Shown here: positions 63,690 to 64,000 of the stretch, in pieces
How positions within the stretch are numbered: the first letter of the stretch is position 1
Layout: every line of letters begins with the position of its first letter
From: Lama glama
Lineage: Eukaryota
Direction: 5' to 3'
DNA length: 64,000 bases
Assembly (NCBI GenBank): GCA_028534125.1
Contig: CM052817.1
Span: 80,726,001-80,790,000, forward strand
Notes under the pieces: generated by a model
Told to the model about the DNA's origin: nothing
The model's database searches: none
Seen by the model: the letters and a program-made list of their open reading frames with translations, nothing else
Made by a program: the position numbers and the translations under genes

Positions 63690-64000
63690 CCATCATGCCA
63701 GCCCATGGTGACTCTGTCTGTACAGGTACTTCATCCATCCAAATTCCCTAACTGGCATTTCAAAGACCTTCCACCAAGATCAAGGGAAAAATAAAAACCC
63801 TCATCATATCCTCCACACAATTCTGAGTTGTCTGTGTGCTGCAGGTCTCTCTAGCCTCAAATTCTTACTTCATCGCCACCTCGATTGCTCCCTGGCCTCC
63901 GGCCACACTGGCTTCTTTTCAGTGTCCCGGGAGAAGTCATGCTTTCTTCCACTGCAGGGTTTTGTGTATATTATTCTTTTCTGCTAAAATGCCCCTTCTC
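63690..64000 (+). mobile_element. L2 fragment (runs off window)
   Basis: ttcaaagaccttcc...ccacactggcttcttttcagtgtccc...ctttcttccactgcagggttttg...ttctgctaaaatgccc. Confidence 0.75.

Noticed and set aside
1..64000. CRISPR arrays, operons, tRNA/rRNA genes, CTCF sites
   Set aside because: Eukaryotic repeat-rich DNA with no spaced direct-repeat arrays or structural RNA genes recognised; CTCF-like matches (e.g. ~8145, ~15620) were too degenerate.

Overview
Mammalian non-coding DNA, either a large intron or intergenic. The short, young minus-strand L1 3' ends (11.8, 41.8, 58.2 kb) are of cetartiodactyl type. Together with the absence of Alu, B1/B2, Can-SINE, PRE-1, Bov-A/BovB or CHR SINEs, this points to a camelid (inference from recognition, no search run). 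I recognise no intact protein-coding gene and cannot name a host gene; the supplied ORFs are chance, low-complexity or repeat-derived. Much of the window is old interspersed repeats: L1, L2, MIR, MaLR/ERVL LTRs, MER2 and a hAT element with a readable transposase dimerisation-domain remnant. The most notable non-routine signals are: (1) a ~120-nt hairpin at 55789-55908 whose loop is a frame-preserving 33-nt exon-like unit, with the pyrimidine tract and donor site paired in the stem; (2) a heavily decayed, apparently intronless KRAB + C2H2 zinc-finger pseudogene at ~60.8-61.9 kb; (3) a 9-nt microexon-like architecture on the minus strand at 18651-18659; (4) an L1 with a twin-priming 5' inversion; (5) several enhancer-like motif clusters (RFX X-boxes; TEAD/ERR/E-box; MEF2/GATA/TCF). 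No new biological system is demonstrated; these are testable leads. Repeat subfamily names are from recognition and boundaries are approximate.
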